Shown here: positions 1 through 9,167 of the stretch, one piece after another | Position numbering within the stretch: the stretch's first letter is position 1 | Layout of the letters: each line of letters starts with the position of its first letter | From: a virus | Taxonomy: Duplodnaviria > Heunggongvirae > Uroviricota > Caudoviricetes | Virus record (IMG/VR): IMGVR_UViG_2654587569_000010 | DNA: 43,250 nt | Direction: 5' to 3' (one strand) | Notes under the pieces: model-generated | The model's input: only the letters and a program-made list of their open reading frames with translations | Database searches by the model: none | What the model was told of the DNA's origin: nothing | Translations under genes and position numbers: made by a program

Positions 1-1158
1 ATGCTCACCGTTAAGCAGATTGAAGCAGCAAAGCCGAAAGAAAAACCATACCGCCTACTCGATAGTAATGGCCTGTACCTTTATGTCCCTGTGTCAGGGA
101 AAAAGGTATGGCAGCTTCGCTACAAGATTGACGGTAAGGAGAAAATCCTGACCGTAGGAAAATATCCGCTAATGACTTTGCAGGAGGCAAGAGATAAAGC
201 ATGGACCGCGAGGAAAGACATCTCGGTTGGCATCGATCCGGTAAAAGCGAAAAAGGCTTCGTCTAACAACAATTCCTTTAGTGCGATTTACAAGGAATGG
301 TACGAGCACAAGAAGCAAGTCTGGTCAGTAGGCTATGCAACTGAACTTGCAAAAATGTTTGATGACGACATTTTACCTATCATCGGCGGCCTTGAAATTC
401 AGGATATTGAGCCGATGCAACTGCTGGAAGTAATCCGCAGATTTGAAGATCGCGGTGCAATGGAGCGAGCCAACAAAGCCCGCAGAAGATGCGGCGAGGT
501 TTTCCGTTACGCTATTGTCACTGGTAGGGCTAAATATAACCCGGCACCTGACCTTGCTGACGCCATGAAGGGATACCGCAAGAAGAACTTCCCGTTTCTC
601 CCAGCAGACCAGATCCCTGCATTCAACAAAGCACTGGCAACATTTTCAGGAAGCATCATATCGCTCATTGCGACCAAAGTTTTACGCTACACAGCCCTAA
701 GAACGAAAGAGCTTCGCTCCATGCAATGGAAGAACGTCGATTTTGAAAACAGGATTATCACTATCGACGCCAGTGTGATGAAGGGCCGCAAGATTCATGT
801 TGTTCCTATGTCAGACCAGGTGGTTGAACTTCTCACTACGCTAAGCTCCATCACTAAACCAGTATCAGAGTTTGTTTTTGCCGGGCGCAACGATAAGAAG
901 AAGCCAATCTGCGAGAACGCGGTGCTACTTGTGATCAAACAAATCGGCTATGAGGGTCTGGAAAGCGGTCACGGATTCAGGCATGAATTCAGCACGATTA
1001 TGAACGAGCACGAATGGCCTGCTGATGCTATTGAAGTGCAACTGGCACATGCCAACGGCGGATCTGTGCGCGGGATTTACAACCATGCTCAGTATCTCGA
1101 TAAGCGCAGAGAAATGATGCAATGGTGGACGGACTGGCTTGATGAAAAGGTGGAGTGA
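1..1158 (+). CDS. intS: tyrosine integrase, P4/IntS type
   Basis: 385 aa; N-terminus MLTVKQIEAAKPKEKPYRL (P4-type DUF4102-like), C-terminal HGFRH...LAH...GIYNHAQY catalytic region; recalled as near-identical to E. coli K-12 IntS. Confidence 0.85.
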   Translation: MLTVKQIEAAKPKEKPYRLLDSNGLYLYVPVSGKKVWQLRYKIDGKEKILTVGKYPLMTLQEARDKAWTARKDISVGIDPVKAKKASSNNNSFSAIYKEWYEHKKQVWSVGYATELAKMFDDDILPIIGGLEIQDIEPMQLLEVIRRFEDRGAMERANKARRRCGEVFRYAIVTGRAKYNPAPDLADAMKGYRKKNFPFLPADQIPAFNKALATFSGSIISLIATKVLRYTALRTKELRSMQWKNVDFENRIITIDASVMKGRKIHVVPMSDQVVELLTTLSSITKPVSEFVFAGRNDKKKPICENAVLLVIKQIGYEGLESGHGFRHEFSTIMNEHEWPADAIEVQLAHANGGSVRGIYNHAQYLDKRREMMQWWTDWLDEKVE

Positions 1159-1236
1159 TCCACCTTAACCATTATCGAAGAGCACAAAGCCTTGCAATCA
1201 AGTACAAGGATTTGCAATTCACTTCATTTACAAAGT

Positions 1237-3399
1237 TTATTCACATAAAGATATTGATGCCAATATAAACATTGCAAGTTCGTCATATCTTATACCATAA
1301 CTTTCACAAAAGATATCTATATTTCCAGTCATGTGTTCGCGATGCGTTTTATCGTGACACCAAAACCCATACTTACTAGGATCAAGTCCGTGCTTCCTCA
1401 TTATATTACCAACAGTTTGAGCTCCAACACCAAAATGCCACCTAGCACCATCAAATCCCTTTACCTCAACAGAATCCAGCATCTTAAACTTTTTAATATT
1501 ATCTTTTATTTCTAGTGCAGCTTTTTTTTCAGCAACATCAATGTCTGTTAGTTTTGTTTTCAACATTTCATTTGATGTATTTATCATTCCTGTAGTTGCA
1601 TATATTGTTTTATATCTCGCATCCGGCCCACCAATATCAAAAGCATTATCAATTTGTGGTGTAATTTTCCCATAATGAAAGAATAATTCATGCTCACTAT
1701 TACCTATAGCTACAGTATTCTGAGCGGCAATTACCCCACTACCGATAGCTACTGCGTTACTTCCGGTTGATTTTGTATTATCTCCGAGAAGGACGCAGTT
1801 TGTCACATCTGTAGCCTGCTCTGACACGTTACCAGAATTAGAACCTAAAAATACATTGAAAGATCCAGCCGTTACTTTAAACCCTGCATCGAATCCAATA
1901 CCAACATTATCAGATCCTGATGCAGAATATAGCGCCTCGTAACCTATAGCTGTATTATTATTACCTAACGCGTTGAAACCCGACTTAGCCCCTACCGCAA
2001 CACAATACTGGATAGACACCCCCGTAGGAAAACTGGAATTACCGCCACGTAACGCATATTCACCAAAAGCGGTGTTCTCATTACCAGCACTGTTGTGATA
2101 CAAGGCCTGCACACCTGCCGCAGTATTCCCAAATCCTGTTTTGTTATACCTGTTAGTATCATTACCAATACCAGTATTACCGTAGCCTGTTGTGTTTGCA
2201 CATAACGCAAAAACCCCAACCGCTACGTTATCAGAACCAGATACGTTAGCTCTTAGAGAATCAGCACCGTATGCACAATTGTTTTTACCAGTCTTATTGT
2301 TTTCCATAGACTGAATCCCAGACGCGGTATTTGCGTATCCTGTAGTGTTTGAGTGCAAACTCTTCCACCCATATGCGGTATTGTTAGCTCCTACGTTTCC
2401 ACCGCCTAATGAGTCTTTTCCAGCGGAAGTATTAGTATCATTGTTTCCGCTAACATTAAAAATAACGCTTCCTGATTTAACGATGCTGCCACTTCCTGTG
2501 TTTATTACTGATGGATTGGAAGGAATGAAAAATGACCATGAGTCATTTACTGTATGTCCAGTGGTTGAAGAAAAGTTTATCTTCAATCCACTTACGAAAA
2601 AATCCACCCCACCTGCAAGTATTACGATTGGTTGCTGAGATACACTGTCATCGATTGGGTTGTACACGTCTATCGTGTCACGCCATGTAACTCCATTATC
2701 TGTACTGAATTCAAGCTTATCAGGATTTGAAGCTTCTTTTATTCTTACAATTGCATTTAGATCTTGCTGTCCATTGTATATTCCTGACACGGTCATGTCG
2801 TTAACACCAGAGCCAGAATATTTAGTCTGGTAATTAATCACTACTATGCCAGGCCCCCAATATCTCTTATTTAAGTTAATATTATTTACATTATAAATAC
2901 CATCAGGAATGTATATGTCATTGAATTCCGATATCTCTGCATCGTTAAATGCCTGCGTATTGTTTGTTAATCCATCACCAATAGCACCAAAAAAAGTAAT
3001 AGGCTTCGAAACACCACCTATCAATCCTGCTCCACCAGATGATTCAAGCTCCAACCTTAATTGATCCGGCTCATACTTCAACACATTAGGAAAATAGAAC
3101 TGCTGTGCACCATATGCGTCATAAACAGCCATAGAATGGCCTTGCACAGTTACGAACTTTGCAATCTGCCCGTTATATACCGGGTATCCAGCAGCGTTAA
3201 TGATGATTGGTTGCGAAACAGGAACGTGAGAGCCGTCTTCGTTCTCCACATAAACCTGAATCTGGTTTTCAGGATTTACCGGGTCAGTGTCAATTTTACC
3301 GATATAAATTTTGCCATTGGCTACGGCTTTAAAAGAACGCGCCATAGTGAAGAGTTGCGAAGGCATCGATACGATCACATTGGCTGTAATGTCTGTCAT
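1237..3399 (-). CDS. tailspike: P22 gp9-like head-binding N-terminus, Gly/Asn/Thr/Ala-rich repeat middle, C-terminal intramolecular chaperone (S74-like) domain
   Basis: N-terminal 115 aa ([11 protein letters not shown]...[19 protein letters not shown]...[12 protein letters not shown]) matches P22 gp9; C-terminus ...[22 protein letters not shown]... resembles autocleaving chaperone of endosialidase-type fibers. Confidence 0.8.
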   Translation of the reverse strand: MTDITANVIVSMPSQLFTMARSFKAVANGKIYIGKIDTDPVNPENQIQVYVENEDGSHVPVSQPIIINAAGYPVYNGQIAKFVTVQGHSMAVYDAYGAQQFYFPNVLKYEPDQLRLELESSGGAGLIGGVSKPITFFGAIGDGLTNNTQAFNDAEISEFNDIYIPDGIYNVNNINLNKRYWGPGIVVINYQTKYSGSGVNDMTVSGIYNGQQDLNAIVRIKEASNPDKLEFSTDNGVTWRDTIDVYNPIDDSVSQQPIVILAGGVDFFVSGLKINFSSTTGHTVNDSWSFFIPSNPSVINTGSGSIVKSGSVIFNVSGNNDTNTSAGKDSLGGGNVGANNTAYGWKSLHSNTTGYANTASGIQSMENNKTGKNNCAYGADSLRANVSGSDNVAVGVFALCANTTGYGNTGIGNDTNRYNKTGFGNTAAGVQALYHNSAGNENTAFGEYALRGGNSSFPTGVSIQYCVAVGAKSGFNALGNNNTAIGYEALYSASGSDNVGIGFDAGFKVTAGSFNVFLGSNSGNVSEQATDVTNCVLLGDNTKSTGSNAVAIGSGVIAAQNTVAIGNSEHELFFHYGKITPQIDNAFDIGGPDARYKTIYATTGMINTSNEMLKTKLTDIDVAEKKAALEIKDNIKKFKMLDSVEVKGFDGARWHFGVGAQTVGNIMRKHGLDPSKYGFWCHDKTHREHMTGNIDIFCESYGIRYDELAMFILASISLCE

Positions 3400-3531
3400 T
3401 TAATTTGCTCCAGATACAAGGAATCGCCGCAGCATGGCTACGGTTGGTATTTGTTGCATACCGAAACGGTACGATTGTTGATTTGTACAGTAGGTTTTAC
3501 GATGCCATTCCACCCATTTGGTGAGGCATTG

Positions 3532-3789
3532 ATGATGTACAGCAAATACGATGAGGCGCAGTTCCACTTGAGGCTTACGCACGAGTTGCACGCTAAGATT
3601 AAGCAGCGTGCAAAAATGAATAACAGGTCTATCAATTCCGAAATTGTGGCTACGATGGAAGAATCACTCTCCAAACCATCACCTGTAAGCGGGTATCGTG
3701 ATGAAGAAGAGAGGCTGGCCTCATTAATCTCGGAACGAGTAAAAGAAGTTGCGGCTGATATCCTTAGAAAAGAAAAAACCCGCGATTAA
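3532..3789 (+). CDS. mnt: Mnt-like ribbon-helix-helix repressor
   Basis: Only the last 85 aa of track ORF 3061..3789 are credible; QFHLRL...NNRSINSEIV...SLSKPSPVSGYRDEEERLA parallels P22 Mnt; GGTGAGG SD 5 nt before ATG at 3532. Confidence 0.7.
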   Translation: MMYSKYDEAQFHLRLTHELHAKIKQRAKMNNRSINSEIVATMEESLSKPSPVSGYRDEEERLASLISERVKEVAADILRKEKTRD

Positions 3790-3803
3790 GCGGGTTTAGT
3801 TGG

Positions 3804-4025
3804 TTAGTTATCAAAAAGTCCGTACGTTTCTTCTTCTTCAGGTGTAAGGGGAAGAATCTCTACTCTATCTATAGATACCTTTTCAATGTACCCATGAGGT
3901 CTACTTAAAATTAAAGCTCTCTCATGCCACAGAACTCCAAGAATGTGATACCTTCCAGCATCGCCTTTTACCCTGGCTCTTCCTTTGATTCTTGGCGGCA
4001 TAATGCCATATTTTTTCTTTGCCAT
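3804..4025 (-). CDS. hypothetical protein (73 aa), translationally coupled to upstream antirepressor
   Basis: ORF track; start ATG overlaps stop of 4025..4753 gene (TAATG). Confidence 0.4.
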   Translation of the reverse strand: MAKKKYGIMPPRIKGRARVKGDAGRYHILGVLWHERALILSRPHGYIEKVSIDRVEILPLTPEEEETYGLFDN

Positions 4026-4753
4026 TATGCAACATTACTCCCATGAATCAGGTGTTGTAGTGCTTTAACACCTTCCGCATTGTAGCGGAATGCTTCCACC
4101 TGTTTGCTGGAATGCGCAGATTTATCCAGGAAGAACTTACCGTACTGCTCAGTTTTGAGGTTGTTTGCGTTAGCAATGCGACCAATCTTGTTGGCCGTTA
4201 CTCCAAGCTGCTCTGCAACCTCCCCTGCTGAGTAGTAATGCTCTTCTATTGCTGGAAGAGGTATTGCATTAAAACCAACGATCGGGTTGATTATGCTTGC
4301 TGCCGCAGTCTGCTTTGCTTCCGGCGCAAGATTTGGCATCAAATCGAACAGATTGGTAACAGCTTCAACCGTCATTTTCAATGTTCGCGCCTGGCGATAC
4401 TCAACAAGTCCACTAGACGATTTACCGCTTTTAATGTGCGCTTCTTGCATACTTTCAAGTTGGTCTACAAGTGAGCGGCGAACAGCTTTAGATTCACGAG
4501 CAGCCACTCGAAGGGCTTGCTTAATTGACATAACAACTTTTTCAGAAGTTGTCTTGTTTGATTTTTGAACTACGAAAATTTCGTAGTGCTCACCTTCAAG
4601 TTCATCCTTAATGCGTGCAATAAAGTCGTTATTGCGGACTTCTTTTTCCCCGCACTGTCTACGAGCATGATTGACCATCTCTAACAGGTACTGGCTATCA
4701 ATGGTTTTATCCGTGACAACGGATCCGATGTTTGCTACATTCTTAAAAGTCAT
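4025..4753 (-). CDS. antirepressor-like protein (Rha-type N-terminus, KilA-C/Ant-C-like C-terminus)
   Basis: Track ORF 4025..4804 trimmed to ATG at 4753 with AAGGAA SD; C-terminal SAGEVAEQLGVTANKIGRIANANNL motif resembles phage antirepressor C domains. Confidence 0.55.
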   Translation of the reverse strand: MTFKNVANIGSVVTDKTIDSQYLLEMVNHARRQCGEKEVRNNDFIARIKDELEGEHYEIFVVQKSNKTTSEKVVMSIKQALRVAARESKAVRRSLVDQLESMQEAHIKSGKSSSGLVEYRQARTLKMTVEAVTNLFDLMPNLAPEAKQTAAASIINPIVGFNAIPLPAIEEHYYSAGEVAEQLGVTANKIGRIANANNLKTEQYGKFFLDKSAHSSKQVEAFRYNAEGVKALQHLIHGSNVA

Positions 4754-4841
4754 TAGGCATTCCTTATGTGGTAGTAAGGGTGTGACATAGGCCGCCAGCA
4801 GCACACTGGCGGTTTTCTTTTTGCGCCGTCCGGCGCACCAA

Positions 4842-5468
4842 TCAATGAATCCATTCCTCGCCGCGCAGTTTTGCCAGCATTGGCTGAGCGTTCTTTACGA
4901 CAAAATTGTTGGTATCAAGATTCTTCATTTCACGAAGAAGTGATTTCTTGGTTTCTTCTGACATGTAGCGAGTCTCATATGCAATATCGTAAATCCTTCC
5001 TGAAAGCTCAGAACCAATTTGCTTCATTCCTGGGTAGATGTGTTTGCACATTTGTTGACTCTTCTCCATCCACAATTGTAAGTAGCAGAGATTAACCAGT
5101 TCTTCGTCAGTAAACTGTTTTGCAATCGGTGAGCATTGTGCCTGCCGATCCAAAATATCCAGCACCCAACGGCGGAACTCTTTGGCTACCGGAGTGCGAG
5201 CAAACATCGCGATTAGGTGGGCACCGCGTAGTGAGAAAACTCGCACTTTTTTGCGATAATTTCCTGAGGTACTCACTTCGAGTACCTGAGTCATTCCGGC
5301 GCTAAACTCATCGCTATACTTGTTATAAATCATTGTTACTGCACGACTATTTGCGTATTTAAGTGCAGATGCAATATTAGATGATGTAAACCAAACACCA
5401 TGCATATCACGGGTGGGCACCAACTCAACTCCGTGGAAGTTGTAATCTGATTTTGCTACAATATTCAT
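4842..5468 (-). CDS. ant: antirepressor, Bro-N domain
   Basis: Track ORF trimmed to MNIVAKSDYNFHGVELV start (AAGGAAA SD); Bro-N-like N-terminus; sits downstream of arc as in P22 immI. Confidence 0.6.
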   Translation of the reverse strand: MNIVAKSDYNFHGVELVPTRDMHGVWFTSSNIASALKYANSRAVTMIYNKYSDEFSAGMTQVLEVSTSGNYRKKVRVFSLRGAHLIAMFARTPVAKEFRRWVLDILDRQAQCSPIAKQFTDEELVNLCYLQLWMEKSQQMCKHIYPGMKQIGSELSGRIYDIAYETRYMSEETKKSLLREMKNLDTNNFVVKNAQPMLAKLRGEEWIH

Positions 5469-5541
5469 GTTAGTTTCCTTGCATACGGTTACTGACATAG
5501 AGGCCCGGTTTGTGTTCACGCACTGCCGGGCTTCACTATTT

Positions 5542-5715
5542 TTACTGGGCATTAGCTCTTTCCTCTCTCAGGCTTTTAGCCAGTCGCTGCACAATCGCAG
5601 AGTTGATAGAAATTCCATCCATTTCAGCAACACGTCTAATCTCCTCCTTCATTCGCGCTGGCAAACGAAGCTGGAAACTTTGACTTTTACGACCTGTGTA
5701 AAGCACATCTTTCAT
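5542..5715 (-). CDS. arc: Arc-like ribbon-helix-helix repressor
   Basis: SFQLRLPARMKEEIRRVAEMDGISINSAIVQRL is an Arc/Mnt RHH fold; GGGAGGA SD upstream of ATG at 5715. Confidence 0.65.
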   Translation of the reverse strand: MKDVLYTGRKSQSFQLRLPARMKEEIRRVAEMDGISINSAIVQRLAKSLREERANAQ

Positions 5716-5742
5716 AAGTAATCCTCCCACAATGATGCCAAC

Positions 5743-5784
5743 TTGGTTCTAGAACCAATTTAACACCATTTATTTTGATGTCAA
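5743..5784 (-). promoter_or_regulatory. Pant-like promoter with overlapping operator palindrome
   Basis: On minus strand: -35 TTGACA, 16-nt spacer, -10 TAAATT, immediately followed by perfect 16-bp palindrome TTGGTTCTAGAACCAA (5743..5758), then SD and arc ATG. Confidence 0.55.
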
Positions 5785-5826
5785 GTTGGTGCTATTGTTT
5801 AGCGAACATCTTTACGTTGAGGTCAT

Positions 5827-6210
5827 ATGAGCAAGTTCCCTAGTCATGAAATGGATAGGTTCAATATCAGGCTTCCGGCAGGAATGCGGGATGCTATAGC
5901 CTTAAGAGCAAAGGAAAACGGCAGATCAATGAATACAGAACTAGTGTTTATCATTGATGATGCATTGAAGTCTCCGGTGCCTGCTGAGGTTGATAACTCC
6001 AGGATTATGAAGATTTACTCAAACCTCTCCGGGAACAGGCCATCAAACAAAGAAGAGTTTGAGCGGTGGGAGAATGAGCTAGTCAAAGCAATTTTCTACT
6101 TACTAGATAGCATCAGTTCTCATTCGCAAATGTATCAAGCTCTCAGGAGCTTAAGGCAAGATGCATATAAAAATGTTTTTGGCGATGATGCTGAAGACAT
6201 CCAGTTTTGA
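5827..6210 (+). CDS. RHH-domain regulator in the Mnt position (divergent from arc-ant)
   Basis: N-terminus FNIRLPAGMRDAIALRAKENGRSMNTELV is an Arc/Mnt-type RHH; 127 aa with extra C-terminal domain. Confidence 0.6.
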   Translation: MSKFPSHEMDRFNIRLPAGMRDAIALRAKENGRSMNTELVFIIDDALKSPVPAEVDNSRIMKIYSNLSGNRPSNKEEFERWENELVKAIFYLLDSISSHSQMYQALRSLRQDAYKNVFGDDAEDIQF

Positions 6211-6254
6211 AGACCATTTCATCTGGTATCCTGCGCAAAACTAAGGAGGTTGGT

Positions 6255-6644
6255 GTGAAGCGATTTCTTGCTGCTATGTTCTTATTCATATCTTTTGGGG
6301 CTACAGCAGAGTGCTGGGTCGTTGGAGATATGCGCGGAATAAGCTATTCAGAACGAAATAATTTCCATCCGGAAGAAGATGGTTTTAGTGGAACATTCAT
6401 CATTAAGACAAGCGGTGAAGATGCCAGCATCACATATTCTGGGACAGATGCGGGCGGCATGGCTTACAAAGCATTGTCTAAAAACTCCATCATAGGAATC
6501 GGCGCGAATGGCGAAACTCAACGCGTTATCGACTCATGGGTAATACATCCTACTGGAACAGTTTTAATGTCAAAAACCATTTCCGGTTATGGAAATATGG
6601 ATTCAACCAAAGCTTTTGTTGGAAAAGTAAAAAGAAAATGTTAA
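6255..6644 (+). CDS. secreted protein of unknown function (signal peptide)
   Basis: GTG start preceded by AAGGAGG SD; KRFLAAMFLFISFGATA-ECW looks like a cleavable signal peptide. Confidence 0.5.
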   Translation: MKRFLAAMFLFISFGATAECWVVGDMRGISYSERNNFHPEEDGFSGTFIIKTSGEDASITYSGTDAGGMAYKALSKNSIIGIGANGETQRVIDSWVIHPTGTVLMSKTISGYGNMDSTKAFVGKVKRKC

Positions 6645-6665
6645 TGATAGGATTATGGCCCTACA

Positions 6666-6851
6666 TCAACAGGTTCCGCGCCCCTGAGTAATTCTATTGC
6701 GGATTTGCTTTTTACGGTGGTTTAAGCTGGAGAGCTTTTCTTCTACTTCTGATATTTGCGCATCCAGATCTTTAAGCTCAAGATCTGAAAGTCGCTGGTC
6801 AAGCAGGGTTTGGTTCAACTCAATGTTGTTCAGACGTTCTTCTATGGTCAT
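6666..6851 (-). CDS. small coiled-coil protein (61 aa), hypothetical
   Basis: ORF track only; heptad-like LxxLxxL pattern. Confidence 0.3.
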   Translation of the reverse strand: MTIEERLNNIELNQTLLDQRLSDLELKDLDAQISEVEEKLSSLNHRKKQIRNRITQGRGTC

Positions 6852-6876
6852 ATTGTTACCTTAGTGGGAGGTTGGC

Positions 6877-7233
6877 GTGAATGGTCAAACAATCATCATA
6901 ATATTACTGAGCTTAATAGTTGCTAAGTTATATCCCCAAATCGGTTATATTTCCCTGGTTGTCTGTACCTTGGTGGTCTTGGTATACGGGATATATAAAG
7001 TTTTTTCTTGGCTATTGCGTTTTAATGCTGCAAGAAAAACTATTTGGATCATATTATTAGCAGCTATTGCAGCAACACCAGTGGGAATAGGGTATATCAT
7101 AGATATTTTTTACCCTTCAAAAACAAAGGCATGGGTCATCGTCATTTGCTTTTACATCGCAGGTGTTTTTTTATTTGCTTTTCATTGGTGCTTTGTAAAG
7201 ATTAATGAATACATATCAAGGGAAAAAAACTAA
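6877..7233 (+). CDS. small inner-membrane protein (predicted 3-4 TM helices), candidate superinfection-exclusion gene
   Basis: GTG start with GGGAGG SD; highly hydrophobic segments; occupies the sieA position of P22 between gene 16 and immI. Confidence 0.5.
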   Translation: MNGQTIIIILLSLIVAKLYPQIGYISLVVCTLVVLVYGIYKVFSWLLRFNAARKTIWIILLAAIAATPVGIGYIIDIFYPSKTKAWVIVICFYIAGVFLFAFHWCFVKINEYISREKN

Positions 7234-7256
7234 TATATGCCGTCCATGGCATTTAG

Positions 7257-9167
7257 TCACTTCTGTGTTGCCTCAGTGGCAAGCAGCGGTCTGATGGCAT
7301 TTGCAGCGTTACTTAATGCTCTTTCATAGGCTGGCGTTCCTGCTTTGGTGTTTGCCAGACGTAAGAGAGCATTCCTTGCTGCTTTGGACTCATACAAGCG
7401 CATGATTGCACCGAAACCAGCCTCAAGTCCCAGTGATACACCAAGGGTTGCAGTTGCGCCAATCGTTCTAATCCTGTTAGCTTGCGATTGTCCTGTCTGT
7501 GTTACTACATTTGCGGCGTCCGACCTTGCTGTTTGCTGTAGAACTTCATGAAGAGCATCAAGCTCTTTCATGTGTCTCCCACTGAATATAGTGTTATAGA
7601 TCTGACCGTCAGATTGCGACTTCAACTTATTTAACTCGGTAAGAAATTTTGTTGGCGAGTCTCCTGCTTTTTCTGCAATCTTGCTGATATAAGCAGCACG
7701 CATAGCGTTCTTTCCATCTTCACTAAGAGCAGGCCATATCCTCTTAATATCTGATGGTTTTCTGCTGAATACAACGCTGTTTATTATCTCTGGAGTAAAC
7801 TCTTTTTTAGCTTTGTTGAGATTATTCGCAATCCTTTTATTGAGAACCTTATTGAAGACGTTGGAGTAATCAGAGTTTGCTTTGACGTATCTGGCGGCCT
7901 CTCCAGCCCCCAAATACCGCGCTGCGTTATTCCTCAAATCTGCCCCCATTGCCCTCTCCACGGCATCAGTTGCGGCTTTCGCGCTATTAGGAAAAACCAT
8001 GGCATCCCCCTGAATACTTTCCCTCAAGGCTGACCGCAACTCTCTCAATAGACCAAAATCTATATCTGGTTTAGCAAGTTCTTCTCGCAAATCGGATAAC
8101 CCGCGAATCAAATCCTTATTTGCCACTTTCCCAAGCCTGTTAGCTCTGGTAAGTACGTTGTCGATAACCTTAATAGATTTTGATGTGTCAACAGGTGTGT
8201 CTCCCATTTTGGTTGTAATGTCTTCAATAACTCTTCCGGCCGAATCCTTCCTTGACTTCAGAGAACCATACAGATCGTCAACAACAACTGATGGGCTATA
8301 TTCACCATATTTCTCAAGCTGTTTTTTAACTAGCTGACTTCTTTTTGCATACTGCTCTGCTCGCTTTGATCCCGTCCCGAGCAAAGCCCCCTCAGCATCC
8401 TGAGTAAGGCCACGAGTGAAAGCATTTTTCGGCGGGATTACATCAGATGTCATTGGTGTCACGCCCATCGATTCTGATGTGGCAATTTTCTTCGCCACTT
8501 CTGGTGCAATATCACCTTTAAAGGCAGTTATTCCACGCTCAAGCCCTTTTGCAACAGTATTAACAGCACCACCTGTTAGCATGCCAACACCTATATCTGT
8601 TGCCAGTTTTCCCGCATCATTTTTCTCACTGTTTGCGGCGAGCGATCCGACTGCGTTTTCTGCCAGAAGACGGGCTGCGCCTTGAGTAATTCGACCAGCA
8701 AGTGTTGGCGCCTGAGTTGAAGCACCGCCAACGCCAACAGTAGCCAGGTAAGGCAATGCCTCCGCAAACACCCTACCTTCTGTCGTTTGTGGAGTCAGAG
8801 CACCTTGCTGAAGTCCAAACGCCTGCTCTAATCCCTGAGTTGTTACTCGTGGCGCTGGTTGATATGTTCCATCACCAATACCGAGTTTACCGCCAGCCCA
8901 TGCTGCCGCGCTTGTTACAGCATCGGCAACTGATGCCGGTATGTTTGCCACGTTTACGCCAGCCTGCACCAGTCCGCGACCAGTCTCTTTTACTGCCTCG
9001 CCAAGGTCAGACATAAATCCATCTTGCTGTTCTAAAGGCTGCTCTTGATTCTGAGTTGGTGGATTACTGGAAGACAGCATCCTAGCAATGCGGCGCGCGC
9101 CATCAGTATCACCTGCAGCATCAGCATTCCTTAACGCCGTCATCAATTGTTCACGACTATAGGCCAT
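7257..9167 (-). CDS. DNA ejection/injection protein (P22 gp16-like)
   Basis: 636 aa, position and size match P22 gene 16; Gly/Ala-rich. Confidence 0.75.
   Translation of the reverse strand: MAYSREQLMTALRNADAAGDTDGARRIARMLSSSNPPTQNQEQPLEQQDGFMSDLGEAVKETGRGLVQAGVNVANIPASVADAVTSAAAWAGGKLGIGDGTYQPAPRVTTQGLEQAFGLQQGALTPQTTEGRVFAEALPYLATVGVGGASTQAPTLAGRITQGAARLLAENAVGSLAANSEKNDAGKLATDIGVGMLTGGAVNTVAKGLERGITAFKGDIAPEVAKKIATSESMGVTPMTSDVIPPKNAFTRGLTQDAEGALLGTGSKRAEQYAKRSQLVKKQLEKYGEYSPSVVVDDLYGSLKSRKDSAGRVIEDITTKMGDTPVDTSKSIKVIDNVLTRANRLGKVANKDLIRGLSDLREELAKPDIDFGLLRELRSALRESIQGDAMVFPNSAKAATDAVERAMGADLRNNAARYLGAGEAARYVKANSDYSNVFNKVLNKRIANNLNKAKKEFTPEIINSVVFSRKPSDIKRIWPALSEDGKNAMRAAYISKIAEKAGDSPTKFLTELNKLKSQSDGQIYNTIFSGRHMKELDALHEVLQQTARSDAANVVTQTGQSQANRIRTIGATATLGVSLGLEAGFGAIMRLYESKAARNALLRLANTKAGTPAYERALSNAANAIRPLLATEATQK

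Noticed and set aside
3061-3789. 242-aa track ORF
   Set aside because: Only the C-terminal 85 aa match an Mnt-type repressor and have an SD; the upstream part runs antisense through the tailspike start region.
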